A stretch of DNA of 64,000 bases, taken from an uncultured Thermoleophilia bacterium (GTDB taxonomy: Bacteria > Actinomycetota > Thermoleophilia > UBA2241). Of this stretch, positions 1 through 14,546 are shown piece after piece. Location of the stretch: the NCBI GenBank assembly GCA_963702475.1, contig CAVPCT010000005.1, positions 160,001 to 224,000 of the forward strand, written 5' to 3'. The position numbers and the translations under genes were made by a program. How positions within the stretch are numbered: position 1 is the first letter of the stretch; each line of letters starts with the position of its first letter. The notes beneath the pieces were generated by a model, which was given only the letters and a program-made list of their open reading frames with translations, made no database searches and had not been told where the DNA came from.

Positions 1-875
1 GTGTACAGGCTGCCGGGACCGAGGACGACGAGGTCGGCGCCGGCGATGGCGGAGACCGCCTGCGGCAGGGCGCGCGGCGGGTCGGGCGTGAGCCACACCC
101 GCCGCGGAAGCCGGTCGGCGGCCGTGACGGCGCTCTCTCCGCTCACGCGGCCGCCGCCCTCGAGCTGCGCGTGCAGCACCACGTCGTCGAGGGTTGACGG
201 CAGAACGCGCCCGCGTACCTTGAGTACCTGTGTGGACTCCTGTACGGCCAGCTCGAAGTCGCCAGTGACCTCGGTCAGCGCCGCAATGAACAGGTTGCCG
301 AAGCTGTGACCCTGGAGCCCGCCGTCCTCGGGGAACCGGTACTTGAACAGCCGGCTCATCACCGATTCGTCGTCGGCCAGTGCGACGAGGCAGTTGCGCA
401 GATCGCCGGGCGGCGGCATGCCCATGTGCCGACGGAGCAGACCCGAGCTGCCGCCGTCGTCGGCCATGGTCACCACGGCGGTCAGGTTGCTGGTGTGCGT
501 CTTCAGCCCGCGCAGCAGAGCGGCGAGGCCGTTGCCGCCGCCCACGGCGACCACGCGCGGCCCGCGCGCGAGCCGCGCTGCCGTGCGCATCTCGCCGACC
601 GTCTCGGGGCTCGTTTGCTGGAACAGCCACACGCGACGCGCGCCCACGGCCAGCATGATCGCGCCGAAGAGCAGTCCGTCGAACGCGAGCAGCACGGCGG
701 CCCAGTGTCGCCCCTCGAGCCAGCCCATGCCAAGCCCCTCCAACAAGGTGCCCGACCAGAACACGCCGACGGCGAACAGACCCGAGTACACGAGCAGCAG
801 TCCGCCGGCGCAGGCCAGCAGGATCCAGCGTTTCAGCCCCAGCCCGGGGTACAGCCAGTCCAGCGGCTTCGACAT
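1..875 (-). CDS. yvcK: YvcK/CofD-related (UPF0052) gluconeogenesis/cell-wall factor, runs off the window edge
   Basis: Manual translation from ATG at 875: MSKPLDWLYPGLGLKRW, hydrophobic segments, ...ADLVVLGPGSLYT at the window edge; lies downstream of rapZ as usual. Confidence 0.9.
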   Translation of the reverse strand, partial: MSKPLDWLYPGLGLKRWILLACAGGLLLVYSGLFAVGVFWSGTLLEGLGMGWLEGRHWAAVLLAFDGLLFGAIMLAVGARRVWLFQQTSPETVGEMRTAARLARGPRVVAVGGGNGLAALLRGLKTHTSNLTAVVTMADDGGSSGLLRRHMGMPPPGDLRNCLVALADDESVMSRLFKYRFPEDGGLQGHSFGNLFIAALTEVTGDFELAVQESTQVLKVRGRVLPSTLDDVVLHAQLEGGGRVSGESAVTAADRLPRRVWLTPDPPRALPQAVSAIAGADLVVLGPGSLY

Positions 876-984
876 GAGCTACGTGCCGAAGCGCTGCGGA
901 GAGAGCATCAGTCCGCCTCGCGCGGGGCCCTGCCGGGCCGCGAGTCGCTCGCTGGCGCTAAGGCTGCTGCGTCGCCTACGGGCA

Positions 985-1854
985 TCAGTCCCTCGTGAGG
1001 TCGCGGTGGCGGACGACGGTGTAGTACCCCTGCTTCTCGTACCGCTCGGCGATGGCCTGGGCGATAGTGACCGAGCGGTGCCGGCCGCCGGTGCATCCCA
1101 CTCCTATGGTGAGGTGCGCCTTGCCTTCTGCCGCGTAGCGCGGGAACAGGAAGTCGAGGAGTGGGAACAGGCGCTCCAGGTACTCGGCCGAGCCCGGAGA
1201 CTGCAGCACGAAGTCGCGCACCTCGGCGTCGAGGCCGGTGAGCGGCCGCAGGCGCAGGTCGTAGTGCGGGTTGGGCAGGAAGCGCACGTCGAACAGCAGG
1301 TCGGCGTCGATGGGGATCCCGTACTTGTAGCCGAACGACACGACGGCGAAGACGATGTTGGTGCGGCGCGTGTGCTGGATGAGGTCTTCGTTGAGGCGCG
1401 CCTTGAGCTGATGGATGGAGATGTCGCTGGTGTCGATCACCAGTTGGGCTCGCTCGCGCAGGCCGGCGAGAAGGTCGCGCTCCTTGCGGATGCCGTCGAT
1501 GACACTGCCGGCGCCGGCCAGAGGATGCCGCCGGCGCGTCTCTTTGAAGCGGCGCACGAGCGCCTCGTTGGACGCCTCCAGGAACACGAGCGTGTAGTCG
1601 ACGCCGCGCTCGTGCAGCTCGTCGAGCAGCGTCTCGAGGCGGCCGAAGTACTCGCCACCACGCACGTCGCTGACGACAGCCACCCGGTCGACCTTGCTGC
1701 CGCCCCGGCGGAACAGGTCGACGAGTGTGGGCACGAGCTCCGGCGGCAAGTTGTCGACGCAGAACCAGCCGGCGTCCTCGAACGAATCCATGGCCTGCGA
1801 CTTGCCGGCACCGGAGAGGCCGGTGATGATCACGAACTGCAGCGGCGACGTCAT
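985..1854 (-). CDS. rapZ: RNase adapter / P-loop nucleotide-binding protein RapZ (YvcJ)
   Basis: IITGLSGAGKS Walker A, CVDNLP, RRFKETRRRHPL, FDVRFLPNPHY, GCTGGRHRSV; ATG at 1854 overlaps the ogt stop. Confidence 0.95.
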   Translation of the reverse strand: MTSPLQFVIITGLSGAGKSQAMDSFEDAGWFCVDNLPPELVPTLVDLFRRGGSKVDRVAVVSDVRGGEYFGRLETLLDELHERGVDYTLVFLEASNEALVRRFKETRRRHPLAGAGSVIDGIRKERDLLAGLRERAQLVIDTSDISIHQLKARLNEDLIQHTRRTNIVFAVVSFGYKYGIPIDADLLFDVRFLPNPHYDLRLRPLTGLDAEVRDFVLQSPGSAEYLERLFPLLDFLFPRYAAEGKAHLTIGVGCTGGRHRSVTIAQAIAERYEKQGYYTVVRHRDLTRD

Positions 1855-2384
1855 GCCAGCCTGCCGTCCTCGACGGCGACGCCCTCCAGGCGCAGCAGCC
1901 GCTCCTTCCACGCCGGGTCGTCGCCGTACTGCCCCAGCCTGCCGTCGTTCCTGACGACGCGGTGACACGGCAGGATCACCGGCAGCGCGTTACGCGCCAT
2001 GGCCGAGCCGACGGCGCGGTAGGCGTTGGGGCGGCCGGCGGCGAGCGCGAGGTCGCGGTAGCTCACCGCCTCGCCGTACGGCACCTTGGCCAGCGCTTCG
2101 TACACGGCGAGCTCGAAGTCGGTGAAGCCGTGCACGGCGCCGTAGGCGTCCACGTCCGCGTCGAACGTCACACGCTCGCCGGCGAAATAGCGCTCGAGGT
2201 CGACCGTCCAGTGGCTGGTGCCGTGCGCTGCCGGCCGCATCGACCTCGCCGGCCTGGGGAGCTCAAGAGCGATGGGCAGCCCCTCGGCGAGCAGCAGGTG
2301 GCCCACGCCGAGCTCGCACACGAAGTGCTCTTCGGTGATCCGCCCGAGCCGGGCGAGCTCATCCGGTCTTATGGAGGTGCGCAT
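1851..2384 (-). CDS. ogt: Methylated-DNA--protein-cysteine methyltransferase (start uncertain, possible 5' frameshift)
   Basis: VPYGEAVSYRDLA, RAVGSAMARN, PCHRVV active-site motif. Confidence 0.9.
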   Translation of the reverse strand: MRTSIRPDELARLGRITEEHFVCELGVGHLLLAEGLPIALELPRPARSMRPAAHGTSHWTVDLERYFAGERVTFDADVDAYGAVHGFTDFELAVYEALAKVPYGEAVSYRDLALAAGRPNAYRAVGSAMARNALPVILPCHRVVRNDGRLGQYGDDPAWKERLLRLEGVAVEDGRLA

Positions 2385-4309
2385 AGATCTCCCTCGCCAC
2401 CTTGCGCGGCAGCCCCGGCACGCGCTCGAGCTCTTCCCGCGAAGCGGCGAGGAAGCGCTCGGGGCTGCCGAAGTGCTCCAAGATACGCCGCCTGCGCACG
2501 GGGCCGACCTGCGGGAGCTCGTCGAAGACGGGAGACGAGCGCAGGCCGGCGTCACGCCGCTGCCTATGGTACGTCACAGCGAAGCGGTGCGCCTCGTCGC
2601 GGATGCGCTGCAGCAGCAGGGAGCCGGGGTCGTCCGGCGGCAGCGGCAGCGGGTCGCGCCGGCCCGGTACGAACACCTCCTCGCGCTGTTTGGCCAGGCT
2701 GGCCAGCTCCACGTCCACGCCCGCCTCGCGCAGCGCCGCCGAAGCTGCTGAGAGCTGGCCCTTGCCGCCGTCGACCACGACGAGGTCGGGCAGCGTCGCG
2801 AAGCTCTCGTCGTAGGCGGCGTCCGCGGACGCCACCCCGGCGCCGTCGTGGCTCGCGCCGGGCCCAGCCCGGGTCTCGCCCCCGGCGTCGTCGCCCGACA
2901 GCGGACCGGCAGCGACCGCATCGCGGGCCCGCTCGAAGCGCCGCCGCAGCACCTGGTTCATCATCGCGAAGTCGTCCTGGCCCTCCACGTCGCGCAGCGC
3001 GAACTTGCGGTAGTGCGCCTTCTTGGGTACGCCGCCCTCGAAGACCACCATGGAGCCGACGACATGTCGCTCGCCGAGGTTGGAGATGTCGTAGCACTCG
3101 ATGCGCAGCGGCAGACCCTCGAGGCCGAGCGCGTCGCGCAGGCGCTCGAGCGCCTCGATCCGCGCCGACCTTGTGCGCGCGAGGCGCTCCACCTCCGCCT
3201 GCGCCGTCAGCTCGGCGTTGCGCTGGGCGAGCGCGAGCAGGCGGCGTTTGGGACCGCGCTTCGCGGCGCGGACGGTCACGCTCGCGCCGCGCCGCGCGGA
3301 AAGCACCGCTGCCGCACTCTCGGGCTCCGCGAGCGGCGCCACGATCTCGGGCGGGATCGCCGAGCCGTCCCAGTAGAGCTCCAGCAGGAACTCCTCGAGC
3401 ACGTCGGCAGCGTCGCGGCCCTCCGCGTTCTCCACGTAGAACGCCTGCCGGTCAACCACCGCCCCGTCGCGCACGCGGAACACCTGCGCGTTGGACCCCG
3501 GCTCACCCTGGTGCAGGCCGACAACGTCGAAGGCCTCGGTGTCGTCGATGCGCGCCGTCTGGCACTCGTGCACGTGGCGTACGGCGACGAGCCGGTCGCG
3601 CAGCAGCGCCGCCTTCTCGAACTCCTGAGCCTTGGCCGCGCCCGCCATCTCCCGCTCGATGTCGCGCTCGACCTCGGTGAGACACCCGCGGAGAAAGTCC
3701 ACCACCTGGGACACGACCTCCCCGTACTCCTGGTGCGAGCAGCGGCCGTCGCACGGGGCGATGGAGCGTTTGATGAAGTACTGCAGACAGGGCGAGCCGC
3801 TCGGCCTGCCGGGCTTCGGCCCCCTGCACTTGCGGTACGGGAAGATGCGGCCGATGAGGTCCGTGACCTCGCGCACCTTCTTCGCGCTCGAGTACGGCCC
3901 GAAGTACAGGTTCCCGGGCACGTGCCGCCCGCGGAAGAACCGCACACGCGGCCACTCGTCGTTCATCGTGATCTCGATGTACGGGTAGCTCTTGTCGTCG
4001 CGCAGGCGCAGGTTGTACGGCGGCCGCGCCTCCTTGATGAAGTTGTCCTCGAGGAGCAGGGCTTCGCTCTCGGACGCGGTGACGACCCAGTCGAGGTCGC
4101 GCGCCTGCGCCAGCATCTCGCCGGTGCGCCCGTGCGGGGTCCGCCCGCGGCGAGAAGTAGGACGACACGCGCTTGCGCAGGTCCTTGGCCTTGCCCACGT
4201 ACAGCACCTCGCCGCCTTCGCCGAGAAAGCGGTACACGCCGGGGTCGTGAGGGACGCGCGGCAACCGCGACTCGAGGCCGCCGCGGAAAGGTGAACTGGC
4301 TTCGGTCAT
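2359..4309 (-). CDS. uvrC: Excinuclease ABC subunit C, interrupted by a single-base frameshift near 4136-4139
   Basis: N-terminal GIY-YIG (PGVYRF...[17 protein letters not shown]) in one frame; [43 protein letters not shown] and HhH in another frame. Confidence 0.93.
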
Positions 4310-4438
4310 CGCAGCGATTGTACTTCCCGCACGCACGACCCCGCTCACGACGGCGGCGGCGCGCCGATACGACTGTCAGCCGCATGCGCATACAGGGAGC
4401 CAGTCCTGAGCCAGGCAGGACTGCCGCCCCAGAAGCAG

Positions 4439-5263
4439 ATGACCGGGATGCTCGGCCACCCGGTCGCGGAGAACCCGATCGACCGCGTGTTCGACGCCGT
4501 CTACGCCCACTACGGCCTGCACTGGCAGCTCTGGAAGTGCGACGTGGCCGCCGCGGACCTGGGGGCGGCCATGGCCGGCACCAGGGCGCTCGGGTTCCGC
4601 GGCTACGGCATCACGGTGCCGTACACGATCGCCGCCATCCCCTTCCTCGACGGCATCGACGAGGACGCCACCGCCATCGACGCCGCCAACTGGGTGACCA
4701 ACGAGGACGGCCGCCTGGTCGGCCACAACAACGACGGCAAGGGCGTGGTGAGGGCCATCGACAAGGTGACGCCCATCGCCGGCACGCACGTGGCGATGAT
4801 GGGCGCCGGCGGGGCCGGCCGGGCCATGGCGGTCGAGCTCGGCCGGGCCGGCGCCGCGCACCTCACGGTCGTCACGCGGCGCGAAGAGCAGGGGCGCGAG
4901 GTGGCCGAGCTGGTACACGGGGAGGCCGGCATCCCCACCGCCTGGCAGCGGTGGGAGGGCGACGTCGTGGTGCTCGATGGCACGGAGATCCTCATGAACG
5001 CGACGCACCTGGGTTGTGCGCCCGCGTGCGAGCCTGTGCCGGTCGTCTGGGACAGCCCGGACCCGGCCGCGACCGCCGTAGACGTCATCACGAACCCCCG
5101 CATCACCCCGTTCCTGGCGACTGCGCGCGACAGGGGGTGCGCCGTCGTCGACGGCGTCGAGATGCTGGTGCAGCTGGCGATGCAGCTGTTCGGGACCTGG
5201 ACCGGCGTGACGCCGGCCGAGGAGGTGTTCCAGCGCGCGGTCGTCGAAGCGCTCGGCGAGTGA
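4439..5263 (+). CDS. aroE: Shikimate dehydrogenase family protein (possible CTG start at 4406)
   Basis: LGHPV, GITVPY, GHNNDGKG, GAGGAGRA, NATHLG, DGVEMLVQ motifs. Confidence 0.8.
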   Translation: MTGMLGHPVAENPIDRVFDAVYAHYGLHWQLWKCDVAAADLGAAMAGTRALGFRGYGITVPYTIAAIPFLDGIDEDATAIDAANWVTNEDGRLVGHNNDGKGVVRAIDKVTPIAGTHVAMMGAGGAGRAMAVELGRAGAAHLTVVTRREEQGREVAELVHGEAGIPTAWQRWEGDVVVLDGTEILMNATHLGCAPACEPVPVVWDSPDPAATAVDVITNPRITPFLATARDRGCAVVDGVEMLVQLAMQLFGTWTGVTPAEEVFQRAVVEALGE

Positions 5264-5333
5264 CGCGGGAGGCGCGCGCGGAGCGGTGCCGCCGGCGGCT
5301 CGCGCAGAGCGGGGCCCCCTGCGCTCGTCCGGC

Positions 5334-6368
5334 TCAGCCCCCCGGCTCGAGGAGCACCTTGAGACACGCGCCCGGCTGAGCTGCCGTGCGAAACGCCGCG
5401 CCGATCTCGTCGAGCGGGAACCGGTGCGTGATCATGTCGCTCACCTGCACAGCGCCGTGGGCCAGCAGATCGAGCGCCTGCCGGTTGTCGAGCGGAGCCG
5501 CGCCGTAGGACGTGGCCAGCGTGACCGAGTTGCGCCAGAACGGGTTGAAGTCCACCGCCAGCGCCTCGCCCGGTTTGCCGACCGCGAAGAAGAGCACCGT
5601 GCCGCCGCGGTCCACGCTGCGCAGCGCAGCCTCCGCGGCCGACTGCACGCCGGTGCAGACGATGACCTTGTCGGCCGGCCGCCCGGCGTGCTCGACCCAG
5701 CGCTCGGGCGCCTCCGGGCCGGCGAACAGGGCGACATCCGCACCTGCCGCCCGCGCCGCCTCGAGGCGGCTCTCGTCCACGTCGACGACGCCGACCGCGC
5801 CGGCCCCGAGCGCCCTGGCGAGCTTGACGAACAGGATGCCGGCGATGCCGGCCCCGTACACGAGCACGGTGTCGCCCGGCGCGAGGCCGGTGGTCCGCAG
5901 GCCGCGCACCACGGTCGCCAGCGGTTCGATGAAGGTGCCGGCCTCGTACGAGACCGTGTCGGGCAGCTTCAGGATGCCCGTTCGCACGCTGCGGCCCGAC
6001 ACGCGCAGGTACTCGGCGAACCCACCCGGCGTGAAGTTGTTGACCTCCTGCAGCGTGCGGCAGGCGGTCTCGTGGCCGCGCAGGCAGTACAGGCACTCGC
6101 CGCAGGGGACGTGGTGCGTGGCGAACACACGGTCGCCGGGCCGCAGCCACTCCACGTCGGCGCCGACCTCCACGACCTCACCCGTCACCTCGTGCCCCAG
6201 CACGAGCGGCGCCTTCTTGATGCGGTACCACTCCATGAGGTCGGAGCCACACACACCGCTGGCCGCGACCTTGAGGAGCACGTCGCCGGGCCCGACGCCG
6301 GGGACCTCCTGCTCCTCGACGCGGACGTCGGCGTTGCTGTGGTACATGCCGACCTTCATGCGCGTCAC
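5334..6368 (-). CDS. Zinc-dependent (sorbitol/threonine dehydrogenase-like) alcohol dehydrogenase
   Basis: GVCGSD, GHE, CGECLYC...C structural Zn, GAGIAG; overlaps the lsrF stop. Confidence 0.9.
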   Translation of the reverse strand: MTRMKVGMYHSNADVRVEEQEVPGVGPGDVLLKVAASGVCGSDLMEWYRIKKAPLVLGHEVTGEVVEVGADVEWLRPGDRVFATHHVPCGECLYCLRGHETACRTLQEVNNFTPGGFAEYLRVSGRSVRTGILKLPDTVSYEAGTFIEPLATVVRGLRTTGLAPGDTVLVYGAGIAGILFVKLARALGAGAVGVVDVDESRLEAARAAGADVALFAGPEAPERWVEHAGRPADKVIVCTGVQSAAEAALRSVDRGGTVLFFAVGKPGEALAVDFNPFWRNSVTLATSYGAAPLDNRQALDLLAHGAVQVSDMITHRFPLDEIGAAFRTAAQPGACLKVLLEPGG

Positions 6369-7240
6369 GCGCCCTTCAACTCCTGGTAGAGCTCGTAGGC
6401 CTCCTTGGCCGTCGCATTCTCGTGCACGACCTTGCGCACCGCCTGGATCATCGCGACCGGCGCGTCCGACTGGAACACGTTGCGGCCCATGTCGACGCCG
6501 GAGGCGCCGCGGTCGATGGCGTCGCGCGCCATCTGCAGGGCGTCCAGCTCGGGGAGCTTCTTGCCGCCGGCCATGACGATGGGCACGGGACAGGCCGCGG
6601 TCACCTGCTCGAAGTCGTCCACGTAGTACGTCTTGACGATCGTCGCACCGAGCTCGGCGAGGATGCGCGTGGCGAGACCGATGTAGCGCGCGTCGCGGGT
6701 CATCTGGGTGCCGACCGCCGTGACGCCCAGCACGGGGATGCCGTAGCGGTTGCAGACATCGACCATGCTGGTCATGTTGATGACCGACTGCGTCTCGTGC
6801 TCGCCGCCGATGAAGACCTGCACCGCCACAGCGCTGGCGTTGAGACGGAGAGCCTCCTCCACGTCCATGGCCAGGTACTCATGGGAGAGGTCCTTGAGGA
6901 TCGAGGGACCGCCGGAGGCGCGCAGCACCACGGCGTCGGCCGTCTCGGGGTGGATGAGGGAGCGCAGCACGCCGCGCGTGCACATGAGCGCGTCAGAGTA
7001 GGGCACCAGCGGACGGATGGTGATGTCGACGCGCTCGAGGCCGGTGGTGGGTCCCTGGAAGTAACCGTGGTCGAAGGCCAGCATCACCGTGTTGCCGCTG
7101 GAGGGGTCGAAGATGCGCGAGAGGCGGTTCTTCATGCCCCAGTCGTAGTTCGCCGAGCCCTTGAGGAAGTAGCGATCGCACTCCTGGGGAGTGTCGAGGT
7201 AGTACTCTTTGGTCCTGCTGGAAAAGTCCTGCTCTGGCAT
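6365..7240 (-). CDS. lsrF: LsrF-type class I aldolase/thiolase
   Basis: [51 protein letters not shown]. Confidence 0.9.
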   Translation of the reverse strand: MPEQDFSSRTKEYYLDTPQECDRYFLKGSANYDWGMKNRLSRIFDPSSGNTVMLAFDHGYFQGPTTGLERVDITIRPLVPYSDALMCTRGVLRSLIHPETADAVVLRASGGPSILKDLSHEYLAMDVEEALRLNASAVAVQVFIGGEHETQSVINMTSMVDVCNRYGIPVLGVTAVGTQMTRDARYIGLATRILAELGATIVKTYYVDDFEQVTAACPVPIVMAGGKKLPELDALQMARDAIDRGASGVDMGRNVFQSDAPVAMIQAVRKVVHENATAKEAYELYQELKGA

Positions 7241-7302
7241 GGTGAAGCCTCTCTCGGGACGCTAGACGTGGGGGACCGCGGCGGGGCGCCGAGGCCCCCG
7301 AG

Positions 7303-7332
7303 ACTCTAGAGGCCGCCTTCGGCCCCCGTCAA
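7303..7332 (-). promoter_or_regulatory. Putative sigma-A promoter of lsrF
   Basis: TTGACG-N18-TAGAGT on the minus strand. Confidence 0.5.
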
Positions 7333-7415
7333 GCTGCGGCCGGACCCACCCCGGCGGCTCCCGGGGCGGCGCTGCCGGGCGGGCCCGGCTGGGCGCACCG
7401 CGCGAGCCGACGGAG

Positions 7416-7730
7416 CTACCCGGCGATCCTGTCGAAGCGCCCGTCCAGACAGACGCTGACATCCGTCGTGACGAAGCTGCCGTCCCGGAAGAGGCTGAAG
7501 ACGGTGGCGGGCGTCGGGGCCGCCTGCGCCTGCGCCATGGTCTCCAGCTTGACCACCGTGAGCGGCAATCCACGCTTCGTCGCCGTGGCGACGAGAGACT
7601 GCCGGACATGGAAGTCCGTGTACGGACAGCGGTCGGAACAGTAGGCGACGAGACCATGCTTCTTGTCCGAGAATGCGCAGCAGATGTGCTCAGCAGCGAT
7701 GTTGTCCCGCGTCAGCGCCAGATACGCCAT
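7416..7730 (-). pseudogene. YoaP-domain (GNAT-associated) protein with large in-frame internal deletion; remnant or mini-protein
   Basis: N-terminal EHICCAFSDKK joined directly to C-terminal YCSDRCPY...QAAPTPATVFSLF; only 104 aa. Confidence 0.65.
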
Positions 7731-7769
7731 GGCGGGACCTCCTGAGTCACCCGCGTCCCGAGTCTGTCT

Positions 7770-10631
<2,862 letters not shown>

Positions 10632-10794
10632 TGACTCGCTGTCCGTGGTTGGCGGTCCTCTAGTTTGACAGGTCTGGCGATCCGGCGCCGCCGGGCCCCG
10701 GGAGGTTACCGGAGACGGAGGACGGACCTGCCGCCGCCGCGGCGGAGGAGCGAGCAGACTGTCCCGGCGCGCCGCCCGGGCGTACCCTGAGCCG

Positions 10795-10953
10795 GTGGAC
10801 GAGCGGGACGCAGCGGACCCCGGGAAGGCCGGCGGCGAGGCACGAGGATCCGTGGCCTCCACGGGCTGCCTGGTCGTGGGCTTCGCCGTCCTGATCGCCG
10901 TGCTCGTGGTGGCGCCGGCCGCTCTGTGGGGCGCCGGCATCGCCTGCGGCTGA
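10795..10953 (+). CDS. Small single-TM protein (52 aa), not in the ORF track
   Basis: GTG...TGA frame [52 protein letters not shown]; TACCCT -10 six nt before the GTG. Confidence 0.5.
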   Translation: MDERDAADPGKAGGEARGSVASTGCLVVGFAVLIAVLVVAPAALWGAGIACG

Positions 10954-10969
10954 CCGGCGCCACCGAGCA

Positions 10970-11170
10970 GCATCGCGGTCGTACGGCTCGGCGTCGAACT
11001 CGATGGCGGCGAGGATCTCGTGTCCGGCGCAGGCGTGCTGGCGGATGACGTTGAGCTCGACCTCGGGGAGGCGCCCCGGCGTGGCGAGGATCTCGGCCGG
11101 CAACGCGATCTTGCCGATGTCGTGGATGAGGGCTGCGAGCGGGAGGCCCTCGACCTCGCCCTGCCGCAGG
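10970..11170 (-). pseudogene. HD-GYP phosphodiesterase fragment (HD half)
   Basis: [24 protein letters not shown]...[17 protein letters not shown]; no start codon and no HHE/GYP motif. Confidence 0.75.
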
Positions 11171-11830
11171 TCAGTCTATGAGGAGGAGGCCGGTCCAGCG
11201 CGGCGTGACGCCGGCAGGCACCTCCAGCTTGAGCCCGGCCGCCTCGGCCGTGGCGACCACGTCGATGCCCACGGCCTCCATGGACGGGCGCGCCTCGCCC
11301 GGCCGCCGGCACTGCTCGCCGGTGGCGCCGGCGCAGACCTCACAGAGCACGCAGTCGCCGCCGGCGAAGGCGGCGGCGAAGCGGTAGCCCATGCGGTACG
11401 CCTCGGCCTCGAGCGCTCCCATGAGCTCGGCGAAGCGGTTCTGGCTGGCGTGCAGGCGCTGCTCGTCAGAAGCGCCCGCGGGCGGCCCGGCGTCACCCTC
11501 GGGCGCCGACCGCGCCGGCGTGCCGGCGGCGTCCGCCGCCGGCTCGACGCCGGCCACGACCTCGTCCACCGCCGCCTGCGAGAGTGGGATGTCCTGCTGG
11601 ACCACGAGCGTGTCCGTGTAGCGCCTGAGCGCTCCGCGCGTCTCCGCGGGAGTGGGCACGTGCGGTGGGCACATGAGGTTCACGCCGTAGTGCCCGCAGA
11701 GCGGTACACGGCACTTGAGCGAGACGCGCTCGTCCACCACGACAGCCTGCGCGGGCAGCGGCGCCGCCGTGTCGGCGCCGAGAGCCCGCGCCCGCGAGAC
11801 GAGGTGTTGCAGGTGCAGTGCCTCAGCCAC
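11171..11830 (-). CDS. DUF2284 predicted metal-binding protein
   Basis: [45 protein letters not shown]. Confidence 0.8.
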   Translation of the reverse strand: MAEALHLQHLVSRARALGADTAAPLPAQAVVVDERVSLKCRVPLCGHYGVNLMCPPHVPTPAETRGALRRYTDTLVVQQDIPLSQAAVDEVVAGVEPAADAAGTPARSAPEGDAGPPAGASDEQRLHASQNRFAELMGALEAEAYRMGYRFAAAFAGGDCVLCEVCAGATGEQCRRPGEARPSMEAVGIDVVATAEAAGLKLEVPAGVTPRWTGLLLID

Positions 11831-11877
11831 TCCGGCCTCCTCCGCTCAGATCGTCCATCGGTCCTCCTCGAGCGGCC

Positions 11878-13890
<2,013 letters not shown>

Positions 13891-13911
13891 GATGCTGCTA
13901 CTCTAGGCACA

Positions 13912-13925
13912 CGAACACATGTTCG
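13912..13925. promoter_or_regulatory. LexA (SOS) box upstream of uvrB
   Basis: CGAACACATGTTCG matches the Gram-positive CGAAC-N4-GTTCG consensus; TAGAGT -10 at 13900-13905 (minus). Confidence 0.85.
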
Positions 13926-13943
13926 CAACAGCCGCGGCAGGCC

Positions 13944-14546
13944 TCACGAGGGCCGCGGCAGCCTGTCCCCGTAGGTGTGCCGGTACGCGGTGCGCGCCTC
14001 CAGCACACTACGCACGTACGCGCGCGTCTCCTCATAGGGGATGTCGCGGACGCGCAGGTCGTGACCGGCGCCGCGCGCCTCGTCGACCCACCCCTGGACG
14101 GCGCCGGCGCCCGCGTTGTAGGCGGCCACCGCAGCCACAAGGTCGCCGTCGAACTGGTCGAGGACCGCGCGCAGGTAGTAGGTACCGTAGCGTACGTTGA
14201 CCTCGGGGTCGCTGAGGTCGTCGGTCACGAAGTCCACGCCGCCGGTCTCGCCGGCGATCTGTTCCGCCGTCTCCGGCAACACCTGCATGAGGCCGACGGC
14301 CCCGTGTTCGGAGCGGGCACCCGGATCGAAACGGCTCTCGGCGTAGATGATCGCCGCCACCAGAGCCGGGTCCAGGTCGTTGTCGCGTGAGGACCCGCGG
14401 ATGGCGTCGTCGTACTGGAGCGGGTACACGGCGCGGTCGTACCAGCTGCCGGCGTCAGCGCCACGCACACCGAGCACCCAGAGGCCGCCGCCGACCACGC
14501 CGGCCACCAGGACCAGCAGCACCGCCGCGAAGACCAGGCGCCTCAC
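13944..14546 (-). CDS. Lytic transglycosylase (SLT domain), membrane-anchored
   Basis: AIIYAESRF, GAVGLMQV, AAYNAG, ETRAYV. Confidence 0.9.
   Translation of the reverse strand: MRRLVFAAVLLVLVAGVVGGGLWVLGVRGADAGSWYDRAVYPLQYDDAIRGSSRDNDLDPALVAAIIYAESRFDPGARSEHGAVGLMQVLPETAEQIAGETGGVDFVTDDLSDPEVNVRYGTYYLRAVLDQFDGDLVAAVAAYNAGAGAVQGWVDEARGAGHDLRVRDIPYEETRAYVRSVLEARTAYRHTYGDRLPRPS

Noticed and set aside
10632-11312. Apparent 227-aa N-terminal extension of UvrA
   Set aside because: Low-complexity read-through; conserved UvrA begins at the ATG at 10631
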